Below, one piece after another: positions 6,646 through 16,885 of a DNA stretch of 64,000 bases. Origin of the DNA: a virus; IMG/VR virus record IMGVR_UViG_3300044835_000040, positions 32,001 through 96,000 of that record, one strand, 5' to 3'. The translations under genes were made by a program, and so were the position numbers. Within the stretch, counting starts at the first letter, position 1. Each line of letters opens with the position of its first letter. The notes beneath the pieces are model-generated. The model was not told the DNA's origin. It saw only the letters and a list, made by a program, of their open reading frames with translations, and did no database searches.

Positions 6646-9156
6646 ATGGCTCAGCCTGTCGCCGAAGAACAGACCGTAGCCGCCCAGCAGCTCGAAGCTG
6701 AACCTCCTCCGCAGTCGCACGTCGCGGCCGTTGCTGCTGCGGCTGCCGCCGCCGCGCTCGTGACCGGCGCGCCGTCGGCGCCGACTGCGCCGTCGAAAGC
6801 CGCGGTGCGCGCTGCGACGAAGACGCTGCTCGACGGTGTGGACGCGCTGTTCCGAGCGCGCCGTCACGGGTTCGCCACGTACATCACGACGACGGCGCAG
6901 CACCAGATGCCCGGCATCGGCGCGGACAGGGTGAGCATGTTGGCCGCGGAGGAGATGCGCAACGAGGCTGAATTCCAGCGCAAGCAGCGCCAGCGTCTCG
7001 CCGAGGAGCTGCCGCAGGCGCTGCTGATCGCCGACCCGGCCAAGCGCGCTGAAGCCGTCGCGAACATCCTCGAACGCGAGAAGCGCTACATCGGCCAGCG
7101 CGAACAGGCCGCGGCACAGCGGCTGGTCGCCGCGCTCGAAGACGACCTGCTGAAGGCTGCGTCGCCGCTCGGCGCGTACTGGAAGCTCTCGCCGCTCGTG
7201 CGTGAACACTGCCTGCGGTGCCTCGCGATGGCAGGGAAGTTCTGGCCGTGGGAGGTCCTTGAAGCGCATCGGATGCCTGTGCACCCGAACTGCCAGTGCT
7301 CGAAGCTGAGCTTGGACGAGGCGGTGAACCAGGGCCTGATGACGCAGGACCAGATCCCGGCGAAGGGCGACGCCATCGCGCTCGCGACGCGACTGATGAG
7401 CGAAGCGGGGAGGCTCGAAGAGGCGCTGACGCACGAGGAGCAGCACGAGCTGGTCTCCGGCATGGAGCTGCAGGTGGTGGAGGCGTCGCTGCGCGAGATC
7501 CTGCGGTGGGGGAAGGGCACCGAGCATGGCGGCGAGTTCAAGCCGAAGTCGGGCGGCAACCCCGGCGCGGCGGTGCAGAAGGCGGCGCACCAGCTGCGTT
7601 TCGAGACGGCGCCCGCGGCGAGCGGCCGCACGGTGAAGCTGAAGGGCGAGTCGCATTGGATCCCGAAGGGCGAGGACTGGCAGCACAAGATCGGCTCGAA
7701 CGAGTACAGCTCGCCGTGGGGGACGACGCGGATCTACCGCAACGGGCAGCTGCTCTCCCAGAGCCATCACGACCTGACGGGCACGACGCCGATCGCGACG
7801 AAGCCGCACGATGGCGGCCCGTCGTTCTTCCCGGAGCTGGGCAGTCACGGGTTCGTGGGGCCGTACGTGCCGCCGCCGGAGCCGAAGATCACGCCGCGCC
7901 CGGCGCCGAAGGGTCTGGGCAAGGTGGGCATCCCGGACTACTCGGGCCGCAAGCTGGAGATCGGCAAGAGCGCGGGCGGCTCGACGGGCGCCAAATGGGC
8001 GTTCGACAAGAAAGGCAACCGGTGGCTGGTCAAGACCTACAAAGGCAACCAGGACCGTGTGGCGAGCGAGCTGCTGGCGAACGCGATCTACCGGGACCTG
8101 GGCGCGAAGGTCGCTCCGGCGGGCACCTACTACGCGAAGCTGGACGGCAAGCCGATCGTCGCGCTCACGTACCCGACGCTGGAGGGCGAGATCCGCAAAA
8201 TCAACTCGCCGAGCCGGGACCTGGGCAAGCACTACATGGCGGACGCGCTCGTCGCCAACTGGGACTTCGTGGGGCTCGCCGACGACAACGTGCTGTGGGG
8301 GCCTGACGGCAAGCCCGCTCGGCTCGATCAGGGCGGCACGTTCCAGTTCCGTGCGCAGGGCGCGCCGAAGCCCTACGGCGGCGTCCCGACTGAGGCGTGG
8401 ACGATGTTGCAGCCGAAGGGCCAGGGCTTCGGCAAGGTCGACGTGAGCGAGTCGGAAATGCGCGGGCAGGCCGCCAAGATCGCGGAGACGCTGACGCCGA
8501 CGCGCATCAAGCAGCTCGTGATGGCCGCACCGTTCGCCGACACGAAGATGGCGGGTGAGGTCGAAGCGGCGCTGAGGGAACGCGTGCAGTGGATGCGCGA
8601 CTTCAGCACGGGCGACGTGTCGCTGCCGCAGCCGTTGACTGGCGGTGAGATCGGCAAGCAGCTGCACGAGCACCAGCGGAACCTGGGGGCGTCCCCGGAG
8701 CAGCACAACGCGCTCGCGCGCTACACGAGCGACGAGGCTCTGCAGCGCCGGATGCAGGAACGGCTCCGCGCTGGGGAGAAGCTGTCGCTGGTGCAGAACG
8801 AGATGCGCAAGGGCATCGACAATCTGCTCGGGCGCGCTGCGACGCCGGAAGACCTGACGGTGTACCGGACGATGGATCCAGGGCAGCTCGGGGACCTGAG
8901 CAAGCTGGAGGGCAAGATCGTCAAAGACAAGGGCTTCGGTGGCGCCACGTCCTCGCGCGCGGCGGCGTCCGCGGCGCCGGGGATGCTGCAGATCCATGTT
9001 CCCGCCGGGTCGCGAGTCCTTCACGTGCACAGCCTCGAAGGCGTCGACAAGACCGACCCGCACAGCGAGCTGATGTTGCCTCGCGGCTCGCGGATGCGGG
9101 TGAAGGAAGTCGAGCGCCGCGGCAGCAAAACGATCGTCCACACGGTGCTCGTCTGA
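6646..9156 (+). CDS. MuF-like head morphogenesis protein fused to HipA/PI3K-like kinase and VIP2-like ADP-ribosyltransferase
   Basis: MuF CLRC...PVHPNCQC; kinase GGSTGA, WLVKT, SELLAN, NWD...DNVL, RLDQGG; ART YT, VYR, KGFGGATS, SELMLPRG. Confidence 0.8.
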   Translation: MAQPVAEEQTVAAQQLEAEPPPQSHVAAVAAAAAAAALVTGAPSAPTAPSKAAVRAATKTLLDGVDALFRARRHGFATYITTTAQHQMPGIGADRVSMLAAEEMRNEAEFQRKQRQRLAEELPQALLIADPAKRAEAVANILEREKRYIGQREQAAAQRLVAALEDDLLKAASPLGAYWKLSPLVREHCLRCLAMAGKFWPWEVLEAHRMPVHPNCQCSKLSLDEAVNQGLMTQDQIPAKGDAIALATRLMSEAGRLEEALTHEEQHELVSGMELQVVEASLREILRWGKGTEHGGEFKPKSGGNPGAAVQKAAHQLRFETAPAASGRTVKLKGESHWIPKGEDWQHKIGSNEYSSPWGTTRIYRNGQLLSQSHHDLTGTTPIATKPHDGGPSFFPELGSHGFVGPYVPPPEPKITPRPAPKGLGKVGIPDYSGRKLEIGKSAGGSTGAKWAFDKKGNRWLVKTYKGNQDRVASELLANAIYRDLGAKVAPAGTYYAKLDGKPIVALTYPTLEGEIRKINSPSRDLGKHYMADALVANWDFVGLADDNVLWGPDGKPARLDQGGTFQFRAQGAPKPYGGVPTEAWTMLQPKGQGFGKVDVSESEMRGQAAKIAETLTPTRIKQLVMAAPFADTKMAGEVEAALRERVQWMRDFSTGDVSLPQPLTGGEIGKQLHEHQRNLGASPEQHNALARYTSDEALQRRMQERLRAGEKLSLVQNEMRKGIDNLLGRAATPEDLTVYRTMDPGQLGDLSKLEGKIVKDKGFGGATSSRAAASAAPGMLQIHVPAGSRVLHVHSLEGVDKTDPHSELMLPRGSRMRVKEVERRGSKTIVHTVLV

Positions 9157-10736
9157 TGGAATGGGACTTCCCGCTCCAGGTCGAATCTGACCGCGGCGGC
9201 GCCGGTCGCGACGACCCCGACAACCTGCTCGGCCCGGTCGCCACGGCGGTGCTCGACCCGGCGCCCGTCGTCGGCGAGATGCCGGAGGAGGAGCTGGCCG
9301 ACCCCGACTGGGGCGAAGCGGATCTGGATCTCCCGGAGGAGGCGGGGCCGCCGACACCGCGGCGCGTGCTGGAGGCGTTCGCCGAGTCGCTGCATCCTCG
9401 CGACCGGCTCGGAGAGTGGGCCGGGATCGGCTTCAAGGGCATCATCGACAAGCCCCTCGACGAGCCGCCGCTACCGCGCGGCCGTGTCAGCTCGGGGATG
9501 GTGCTCCGGGAGCCTGACGGCCGGACGTGGGTCTTCGAGCCGAAGGGTCACTTCGGCGGCTACGAGCACACGTTCCCGAAGGGGATGGTGGAGAAGGGCT
9601 ACTCGCCGCAGCAGAACGCGCACAAGGAGCTGTTCGAGGAGACCGGCCTGCGCGCGGAGATCACCGGCCACCTCGGCGACTACAAGGGCACGACCGGCGT
9701 CACGCGCTTCTACACGGCGACGCGTACCGGTGGCGAGCCGCTGCCGCCCGATCCGACGCCGTTCGTGGAGGGCAGCCGGGAGTCAGCAGCGGTGAAGCTC
9801 GTCACGCCGGAGGAGGCGCATGGCCTGCTGAACATGCCGCGCGACAAACGCGTGCTGAAGGACGCGCTGGCGGTGCAGGAGGGCACGTTCATGGAGGGCC
9901 TGCACCCGCGCGACCGCAATGGCAAATGGATGGACGCGGCGAGCAAAATCGCAGCGCACGGCAATCCCGCGGAGGTGGACACGCTGAGCGTCCACGCCCC
10001 CGGCGGGCAGCTCTCCCCGGAGCGCGAGGCGCTTCATCGGCAGATCATCCACGAGGCCATCGCCAACTCGGCTGAGCAGTCGCATCCCACGGCGTTGTTC
10101 ACCGCGGGCGGCGCTGCGTCGGGGAAGTCCTCACTGGTCAAGCAGCTGCACACGCCGATCGACAGCATCATGGTCAACCCGGATCTGATCAAGGAGAAAC
10201 TGCCGGAGTACCATCTGCTCCGCGAATCCGGGCACAAGGACATCGCCGCGCACGCGACGCACGAGGAGTCCAGCCACATCGCTGCGCAGATCGCCTCGAT
10301 CGCGATCAAGGGCCGCAGGAACGTGATCATCGACGGCGTGGGGGACAGCCAGTCGAGGAAGTTCGTCGGCAAGCTGCAGGCCGCGCACGATGCTGGGCAT
10401 CAGGTGACGGTCCGCTACGCCCACACGCCGGTCGACGCGGCGCTGGCGCGCGAGGACAGACGCCGCGAGCGCACCGGCCGCGCTGTCCCGCATGGCGTGC
10501 TCGAACATGCTCACCGCGAAGTCGCGCAGCGGTATCACGATGAGGTGCAGCATCTTCGCGGCGTCAAAGTCGAGATCTACGACACGAACGGGAAAGCCAA
10601 CTCGCAGGGCGACCGGCCCGCACCGAAGCTGATCGCCGAACACACGCCGGGTGGTGAGCGCGTCGTCAAGGACCGCGAGAAGTACGCTGAGTTCGTCGCG
10701 AAGCGACACCCGGCCGTCACGACCGCAGGCGAATGA
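9156..10736 (+). CDS. Nudix hydrolase plus zeta-toxin-like P-loop kinase fusion
   Basis: Nudix box GMVEKGYSPQQNAHKELFEETG; GGAASGKS Walker A, NPDLIKE, VIIDG, RxxRTGRxVP. Confidence 0.8.
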   Translation: MEWDFPLQVESDRGGAGRDDPDNLLGPVATAVLDPAPVVGEMPEEELADPDWGEADLDLPEEAGPPTPRRVLEAFAESLHPRDRLGEWAGIGFKGIIDKPLDEPPLPRGRVSSGMVLREPDGRTWVFEPKGHFGGYEHTFPKGMVEKGYSPQQNAHKELFEETGLRAEITGHLGDYKGTTGVTRFYTATRTGGEPLPPDPTPFVEGSRESAAVKLVTPEEAHGLLNMPRDKRVLKDALAVQEGTFMEGLHPRDRNGKWMDAASKIAAHGNPAEVDTLSVHAPGGQLSPEREALHRQIIHEAIANSAEQSHPTALFTAGGAASGKSSLVKQLHTPIDSIMVNPDLIKEKLPEYHLLRESGHKDIAAHATHEESSHIAAQIASIAIKGRRNVIIDGVGDSQSRKFVGKLQAAHDAGHQVTVRYAHTPVDAALAREDRRRERTGRAVPHGVLEHAHREVAQRYHDEVQHLRGVKVEIYDTNGKANSQGDRPAPKLIAEHTPGGERVVKDREKYAEFVAKRHPAVTTAGE

Positions 10737-13700
10737 GCGAGCTAGAGACCGTCATCCCGCACGACAGTGCGGACTACCTGGAGCGCAAGCCGATCCGGTA
10801 CAGCCGCAAGACGATCGTGCTCGACGACGGCTCGCAGTACGACCTGAACGCGCCGGGGCCGTTCGACCCGGCGACGACGCTCTACCAGACGCCGCTGGAT
10901 CCGGTCCTGGAGGCCGCGGTGTTCGAGACGGAGCTGCACCCGCGCTGGCCGAAAGGCTCCGGGCTCCGCTCGGGCGAGTTCATGCGCGTCGGCGAGCACT
11001 TCAAGAGCAGCGGCGTGGAGTGGGAGATCAGCCACATCGTCAAAGGCCACATCATCGCTCACCGGTACGCGACGCAGAAATCGGACGGGCCGCAGACGAA
11101 GACGTTCGAGGTGACGATGCATCCCGGCGAGGGGCACGCGCACGTCTCGGCGATTGAAGAGTTCGTGCAGGCGCCCGTGCCGAAGGGCAGCAAGTCTGGC
11201 GGCGGCACGGTGACGATCGTCAGCCCGTACGTCGACAGCAAGACGCACGACCCGTCGATCGCGGTCCCCTCCACGTCGAAGATCACGCCGGAGGAGTGGC
11301 AGCGGTTCGGGCGGCTGGATCAGCTTGTCTACGTCGAGCACCAGGAACGCTTCGGCGAGTACAAGGACTCGACGCAGACGCAGGCGCTCGTCGACGCGGC
11401 CTACCAGAAGTTCTCGAAGGCGGCTGCCGACATGGCGCGCAGCGCCTACCAGTCGCAGTACGGATCCTCCTCCGGGCACACGCTCTCGCTCGCGGATGGT
11501 CAGATCCACGGTGCGGCGCCGGAGCTGCGCGCTGAGGCGGTCGCGCTGCTCGGCGAGCACGCCGCGGCGGTGCAGTGGGATCTAATGAACCGCACGCACT
11601 CGCCGGACATCACGCTCTCGCACAAGTCCGGGCACGACAAGAGCTGGTGGCAGCAGAAAATCACCGACAAGCTGCCGGTGTTCTCGACGCTCTCGCAGGC
11701 GTGGGCGTACAAGAAGGGCGGCTTCGGCGGGCACGGCATGGTGACGCCGATGGCGATCCGGCATCTCGTGCTCTCGACGCAGAGCGCGAAGGCGTCCTCG
11801 TCGGCGTCCTCGTTCGCTGGGGAGAAAGAGGTCGCGACGCCGTACCGGTGGATCCCGGACGAGAGGTCGCTGCCGATCTCCGACGGCGATGGCTCGCAGG
11901 TCAAAGGGCTGAACTGGCTGGCTGGCGCGACGACGGTCCCGACGGGCGGCTCGGTCGCTGAAGCGCTCGTCGACTCGATCAAGAACGGGACGTATCTCGC
12001 GCCGGTCGCGCAGCCGCCGCAGATCACGATGGATGGCGCGAGCGGCAAGACATGGATCGATCCGCCGCCGGAGGCCGCCGACCCGAAGTTCGAGGGCGTC
12101 ACGCTGCCGACGGAGTATGGCGCGAAGATCCCGCCCGCGGACCTGCCGAAGGGCGTGCCGTGGAACAAGGTTGACGCTGCTGGCAACCCGGTCGCGCAGA
12201 CCGGTGAAGAGGCTGGCGCGCACGTCGGGCAGTACTTCATGGGGCTGGCTGGGACGCTCTACTGGATCGGCCCGGACCCCGGCGCTTCGGGCGGCTACCC
12301 GTACCACATCTTCAAGATCCAGAACGGCGAATTCACGTCGGAGAACTTCGGCTACAACGCCAACCAGCCGGGCTACTACACGAACAAGTCGTTCGACATC
12401 AGCAACTGGCTGGAGGTGCAGAACAAAGCGCCGGGCTTCGAGCCGTCGCTGTGGGGCGAGTCGCTGGACGCGAAGTTCCTGGAGACGTTCCAGCCGGGCG
12501 AGAAGTTCCTGCTGAACGGTACGGCGTGGGAGGTGATGCCGGGCGGCAACGGCGTGCAGGTCCCGGTGATGGATCTCAACTCGGGGCTGAAGGGCAAGAT
12601 CAACGGCACGTACAAGACGAGCTATCTCGTCCCGAAGGGCGAGGGCAGCAAGACGATCGATATGCCGTCGCCGGAGCACCAGAAGTTCCAGGAGGGCCAG
12701 TGGGTCAAGTCGGCGTTCGGTAAGGGGCTGGTCACGAAGGTCGAAGGCACCGAGGGCGTGGGGCAGCTCGTGACGGTCGAGCATGTTGGCGGTCCGTCGT
12801 CGATGAAGGCCGCGGAGTTCCCGGCGAAGGAGCTGTCGCTGTGGCCGCAGCAGGTGGGCGTGCCTGCGCTCGGGTCGACGTTCGAGCACGAGGGCAAGAA
12901 GGCGACCGTCACGAAGATCATGGCGTCCGGCAAGATCCAGGCGAACCTGAAACCGGGCAAGCTGCAGCTCTCCCCGCAGGACTTCGCTTCAGCGCACGGC
13001 CACCACGTCGTGCCGATCAGCTCGCTGCAGATCGAGCCGCAGAAGACGAAGCTGAAGGACATGGCGCCGGGGGACCTGTTCCACGGCTCTGCGGGCAACC
13101 AGACGATCCGGCCGTATCAGGTCGTCTACAAGGGCGAGGGCAGCAAAACGGTGTACGTGCAGAACCTCGACAACGGGCACGTCGAGGAGCTGTCGCGCAA
13201 CGTCAGCTACCGCCGTCTGACGCCGGTCGCTTCGGACTCCCAGATCCCGCACGATGATCAGCCGAAGGGCGCGCCGGTCAACCTGACCGGGCCGGGCGGT
13301 GTCGGTGCGGCGTGGGACCCCGCGAAGTTCGAGCCGGGGCCGTCGATCACCGCGCAGAACATGGCGGTCGGCGACTACTTCACGGGCACCTACAACGGCA
13401 TCGTCTACCAGAAGACCGAGGATACGCCGACGCACTCGAAGGTCGTCGTCGTCGACTCTGTGGGCACTGGCACCGAGGGCCAGCTACTCGAAATAGCGCA
13501 CGGCGGGACCCCGGCTCCGTTCGAGACGCTGGTGCCGAAGGCGCAGGGACCGCCGCCGGAGATCGCGTCGCCGAGCACGTTCGTGCCGGGCGACTACAAC
13601 TTCGGCCCGAAGGTGCACATCAAGGACATGCCGCTCGGCACGATCTTCCAGACCGAAGACGGCGAGCGGCACGTGATCTCGAAAGACGACGGTGGCGACA

Positions 13701-16354
13701 AGACGCTGCTCAGCCTCGACGACGGGCACGTCATCACAGTCGACAAGACGATGCTCGATGCCTCTCCGGAGGCAGTCCACACGACGCTCGTCCCGGACAC
13801 TCCGCAGCTGAGCACGCACAGCGATGGCTGGCAGACGGGGCAAACGCAAACGTCGAGCGTCGGTCATCTCGCGATCGGTGACCACTTCAAGTCCGCTTCG
13901 CCTGGGAACAACATCTTCGAGGTCACCGGGCCACCCGACGGGGAGGGCTTCGTCCCGGCGAAGCTGGTGGCGTCGTCGATGCTCAAACCGGTGATCGGGA
14001 AGGAGCTGCAGTTCCAGAAGGAGACGGTCGTGAGCACCGCTCACCCGATCCCCGGCAGCAAACCGGCGGCGCTGGAAGTCGAGGACCATTCGGTGCTCGC
14101 GGGGCCGCAGGCGACGCCGTTCGACCCGTCGAGCTACATCGAGAGCGACAAGATCAAAATCGGCGACATGGCGCCGGGCACGGTCTTCAAGACGGACTCG
14201 GTGAAGAAAGGGTCGCAGTACTACAAGCTCTCCGACGACGGCCAGCACACGACGAACCTACTGACGGGGAAGGTGTTCCCGGCGAAGCCGAAATGGCACG
14301 GCACGGTGATGGAGAAGCAGCGCACGCCGCACGTCGAGCACGAGTACACGCATCCGCCTAACTCGGCTGACCCGCCGGAAGACAGCGCGCCGCCGGAGTT
14401 CAAGTCGGTGCCGGGCACCATCGGCGCGCTGAGCAAGGGCGATACGTTCAAGGTGCCGGAGGGCTACTTCCAGGCGGGCAAGGAGTTCAAGGTCCACGAC
14501 ACCACGCCGCAGTGGCACCCGCCTGTGGGCCACCTGTCCGGCTACCACACGATTGAGGTGTCGAGCGCGGACGGCGTGTCGTCGATGGCGACGAACCTGA
14601 AGCTCGATCCGGCGCCGGAGGATCACGCGGACGGCACGGTGCTGAAGGACAAGGCGACGAACGTCACGCCGTACGCGCAGCTGAGCAAGGGCGACACGAC
14701 GACGGTCGAGGCGCTGCGCAAGGGCGACACGTTCTCGATCGCCACGTTGCCGGGGGTCTTCGAGGTCATCAAACCGGCGGGCAGGCCGAGCGACAACCTG
14801 GACGACACGACGAGCTACGCGGACGTGCAGGCGATCGAGGGCAGCGGCGCGCACATCGAAAACTTCTCCCTGCATCCGACGGGAGCGGTGCAGCTGCAGC
14901 AGAAGGCCGAGCACGTGATGCCGGTGTCGGTGCCGCAGACGTTGATCGACTCGCTGCCGGAGGCCGTCGAAAACGGCAAGCTGCAGGGGTTCAAGCAGGC
15001 GTCGGCCGGGGCGTACATCTTCACGCCGATCGAGAAGCTGCCCGCGGGCGCCATCGCCGAAGACGCGGCGGGCAAGAAGTGGCTCGTGAAGCAGCCGGGC
15101 GCGGTGCCGGTGCTGAGCAACGGCCTGTACAACTACCGCGTCCACGACCCGTCGATCAAACTGGCCGACACGGCGCAGGCGGCGTTCGGGCCGCAGGCGC
15201 CGTTCCAGGACTGGGCGGATCCGCTCGCGACCGAACCGGGCACGATGGAGCAGAAGGCCGCGAAGGCTGATCTCGTGCCGAACGCCGCGGAGATGCCGAT
15301 CGCGGGCCTGCACATCAAGGAGGGCGACTTCCTGCAGTGGAAAGGCAACGTCGCGAAGGTGCTGCCGCCGGACAACGCGAACGTGAAGGTCGAAGACGTG
15401 GTGACCGGCAAGCACTCCTACCTGTCGCAGTTGATCGTGCCGGAGAAGATCTCGCCGGGGCACACGGTCCCGGCGCCGGAGCCCGCGCCGCCGGAGCCGG
15501 AAGTGACCGCAGAGCTACCCGCTGCGCCAACGCAGTTCACGCACGCCGTCAAGGCTACGCAGTTGGCGGTAGGCGACAAGTTCACGCTCGCACCCGGTAG
15601 CGGGCACGTCTACACGGCTGGGATGGTCGGCTCAGAGATGGCGAAATACAAGGGCGACCACGGCGAGTGGCATAGCGCGATGGGCACGGTCTACACGCAG
15701 CCGGAGGCGGCTGCCGCGACAGCACCGGCCGCCGAGCCGCCGAAGGCCGCTGTAGATCCTGCCGAGCCACAGCCGGTACACACGGTCGAGGACATGGCGC
15801 CGCACCAGGAGGTGCCGCAGATCAGCGGCACGCAGATCCCGGATGCGCTGGCGCCGTTTGGGTCGCCGAAGGGCGCTGGTGGCGTGTACTCCCACATCCC
15901 GCTGAAGGAGCTGCAGGTCGGCCAGATGTTCACCGACAAGTCGGGCGAGGACTTCCAGGTGATCGGCCACCAGGGCGACAAGACGATCTACCGCTCGATG
16001 ACGACGAGCGCGCAGTTCTCGGCGGCCAGCTCGGGCAAGGTCAAGCTCACGGCGCTGCCGCCGGAACCGGGGCCGCACCTGAAGCCGGTGATCGCGGACC
16101 TGACCGCGAAGTACGGGTCGCTGGAGAACGTGCCGAAGCTCTCGCTCGAAGACGCCGCGACGAGCACGTCGGGCACGGGCGGCAAGGCGTCCAACCCGCG
16201 GCTCGGGCATCTGAAGTACGGCCAGATGGCGATGGACGGCCAGGGCCACAAGGTCGTGTTCCTCGGCAGCTGGCTGAACCGTGCGCTGGTGCTCGACGTG
16301 GCGGGCCAGCCGAAGCTGGCGCCCGCGGGCACGCGCGTCAAACTCCTCGGCTGA
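10733..16354 (+). CDS. Giant (1873 aa) polyvalent-type protein with about 16 SH3/KOW-like repeats and possible ART-like N-terminal domain
   Basis: Recurring [LM]xxG[DT]xF units; HPR tag near N-terminus; STLS...GEKEV. Confidence 0.75.
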   Translation: MSELETVIPHDSADYLERKPIRYSRKTIVLDDGSQYDLNAPGPFDPATTLYQTPLDPVLEAAVFETELHPRWPKGSGLRSGEFMRVGEHFKSSGVEWEISHIVKGHIIAHRYATQKSDGPQTKTFEVTMHPGEGHAHVSAIEEFVQAPVPKGSKSGGGTVTIVSPYVDSKTHDPSIAVPSTSKITPEEWQRFGRLDQLVYVEHQERFGEYKDSTQTQALVDAAYQKFSKAAADMARSAYQSQYGSSSGHTLSLADGQIHGAAPELRAEAVALLGEHAAAVQWDLMNRTHSPDITLSHKSGHDKSWWQQKITDKLPVFSTLSQAWAYKKGGFGGHGMVTPMAIRHLVLSTQSAKASSSASSFAGEKEVATPYRWIPDERSLPISDGDGSQVKGLNWLAGATTVPTGGSVAEALVDSIKNGTYLAPVAQPPQITMDGASGKTWIDPPPEAADPKFEGVTLPTEYGAKIPPADLPKGVPWNKVDAAGNPVAQTGEEAGAHVGQYFMGLAGTLYWIGPDPGASGGYPYHIFKIQNGEFTSENFGYNANQPGYYTNKSFDISNWLEVQNKAPGFEPSLWGESLDAKFLETFQPGEKFLLNGTAWEVMPGGNGVQVPVMDLNSGLKGKINGTYKTSYLVPKGEGSKTIDMPSPEHQKFQEGQWVKSAFGKGLVTKVEGTEGVGQLVTVEHVGGPSSMKAAEFPAKELSLWPQQVGVPALGSTFEHEGKKATVTKIMASGKIQANLKPGKLQLSPQDFASAHGHHVVPISSLQIEPQKTKLKDMAPGDLFHGSAGNQTIRPYQVVYKGEGSKTVYVQNLDNGHVEELSRNVSYRRLTPVASDSQIPHDDQPKGAPVNLTGPGGVGAAWDPAKFEPGPSITAQNMAVGDYFTGTYNGIVYQKTEDTPTHSKVVVVDSVGTGTEGQLLEIAHGGTPAPFETLVPKAQGPPPEIASPSTFVPGDYNFGPKVHIKDMPLGTIFQTEDGERHVISKDDGGDKTLLSLDDGHVITVDKTMLDASPEAVHTTLVPDTPQLSTHSDGWQTGQTQTSSVGHLAIGDHFKSASPGNNIFEVTGPPDGEGFVPAKLVASSMLKPVIGKELQFQKETVVSTAHPIPGSKPAALEVEDHSVLAGPQATPFDPSSYIESDKIKIGDMAPGTVFKTDSVKKGSQYYKLSDDGQHTTNLLTGKVFPAKPKWHGTVMEKQRTPHVEHEYTHPPNSADPPEDSAPPEFKSVPGTIGALSKGDTFKVPEGYFQAGKEFKVHDTTPQWHPPVGHLSGYHTIEVSSADGVSSMATNLKLDPAPEDHADGTVLKDKATNVTPYAQLSKGDTTTVEALRKGDTFSIATLPGVFEVIKPAGRPSDNLDDTTSYADVQAIEGSGAHIENFSLHPTGAVQLQQKAEHVMPVSVPQTLIDSLPEAVENGKLQGFKQASAGAYIFTPIEKLPAGAIAEDAAGKKWLVKQPGAVPVLSNGLYNYRVHDPSIKLADTAQAAFGPQAPFQDWADPLATEPGTMEQKAAKADLVPNAAEMPIAGLHIKEGDFLQWKGNVAKVLPPDNANVKVEDVVTGKHSYLSQLIVPEKISPGHTVPAPEPAPPEPEVTAELPAAPTQFTHAVKATQLAVGDKFTLAPGSGHVYTAGMVGSEMAKYKGDHGEWHSAMGTVYTQPEAAAATAPAAEPPKAAVDPAEPQPVHTVEDMAPHQEVPQISGTQIPDALAPFGSPKGAGGVYSHIPLKELQVGQMFTDKSGEDFQVIGHQGDKTIYRSMTTSAQFSAASSGKVKLTALPPEPGPHLKPVIADLTAKYGSLENVPKLSLEDAATSTSGTGGKASNPRLGHLKYGQMAMDGQGHKVVFLGSWLNRALVLDVAGQPKLAPAGTRVKLLG

Positions 16355-16413
16355 CGCAGCGACCATCGGTCGCTATACTCTGTCTCGCAACCGATCAACT
16401 GGAGGTGCGAGAT
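16351..16413 (+). promoter_or_regulatory. Operator-containing promoter plus conserved leader and extended RBS
   Basis: CTGACG-17-TATACT; AGCGACC-ATC-GGTCGCT 16358-16374; GCAACCGAT 16387; GGAGGTGCGAGAT 16401. Confidence 0.75.
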
Positions 16414-16630
16414 GAAGGTAGACATGCTGATGCGGACAAAGGACCAGCCGATCCTCGTGGACGTGCAGGTGCGCGAGTCGAGCCACCGGCCGGGCAGGCT
16501 GAAGGTCTCGTTCGTGGTGCTCGACGCCGAGGGCGCCCCGCTCATAGCCAAGCGCAACAGCAAGCCGTCGACGGTGCCGCTGCCGCTGAACGACCGCGGC
16601 ATGGCTGACTTCAGGCTGGAGATGAACTAG
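16412..16630 (+). CDS. Hypothetical protein
   Basis: Strong RBS and promoter. Confidence 0.65.
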   Translation: MKVDMLMRTKDQPILVDVQVRESSHRPGRLKVSFVVLDAEGAPLIAKRNSKPSTVPLPLNDRGMADFRLEMN

Positions 16631-16885
16631 ATGCTGTTCGTCCTGGGCCTGATCCTGCTGCTGGTCGCGCTGGTCGCGTTCGCGATCGGGGGGGCGCTCA
16701 TCCTGAGCATCTTCGCGGTCGTGATGACGCTGGTGTCGGCGCTCGCGAAGCTGTTCGAGATCGCGTTCGACGGCATCGGTGCGAACCGCCGCTTCCGCCG
16801 CGTGCGCGAAGTGACCGCCCGCCCGCCGGAGCAGCTGGAGCGCTCGGCGCACGACCCGTCAGCTAGCCGTGCTTGGAGGCGATGA
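16631..16885 (+). CDS. Small membrane protein
   Basis: About 40-residue hydrophobic N-terminus. Confidence 0.6.
   Translation: MLFVLGLILLLVALVAFAIGGALILSIFAVVMTLVSALAKLFEIAFDGIGANRRFRRVREVTARPPEQLERSAHDPSASRAWRR

Noticed and set aside
6619-9357. 912-aa minus-strand ORF, and similar long antisense ORFs such as 21518-24307, 53078-54802 and 59838-61754
   Set aside because: Shadows of GC-biased + strand genes; Arg/Ala-rich with no motifs or RBS.
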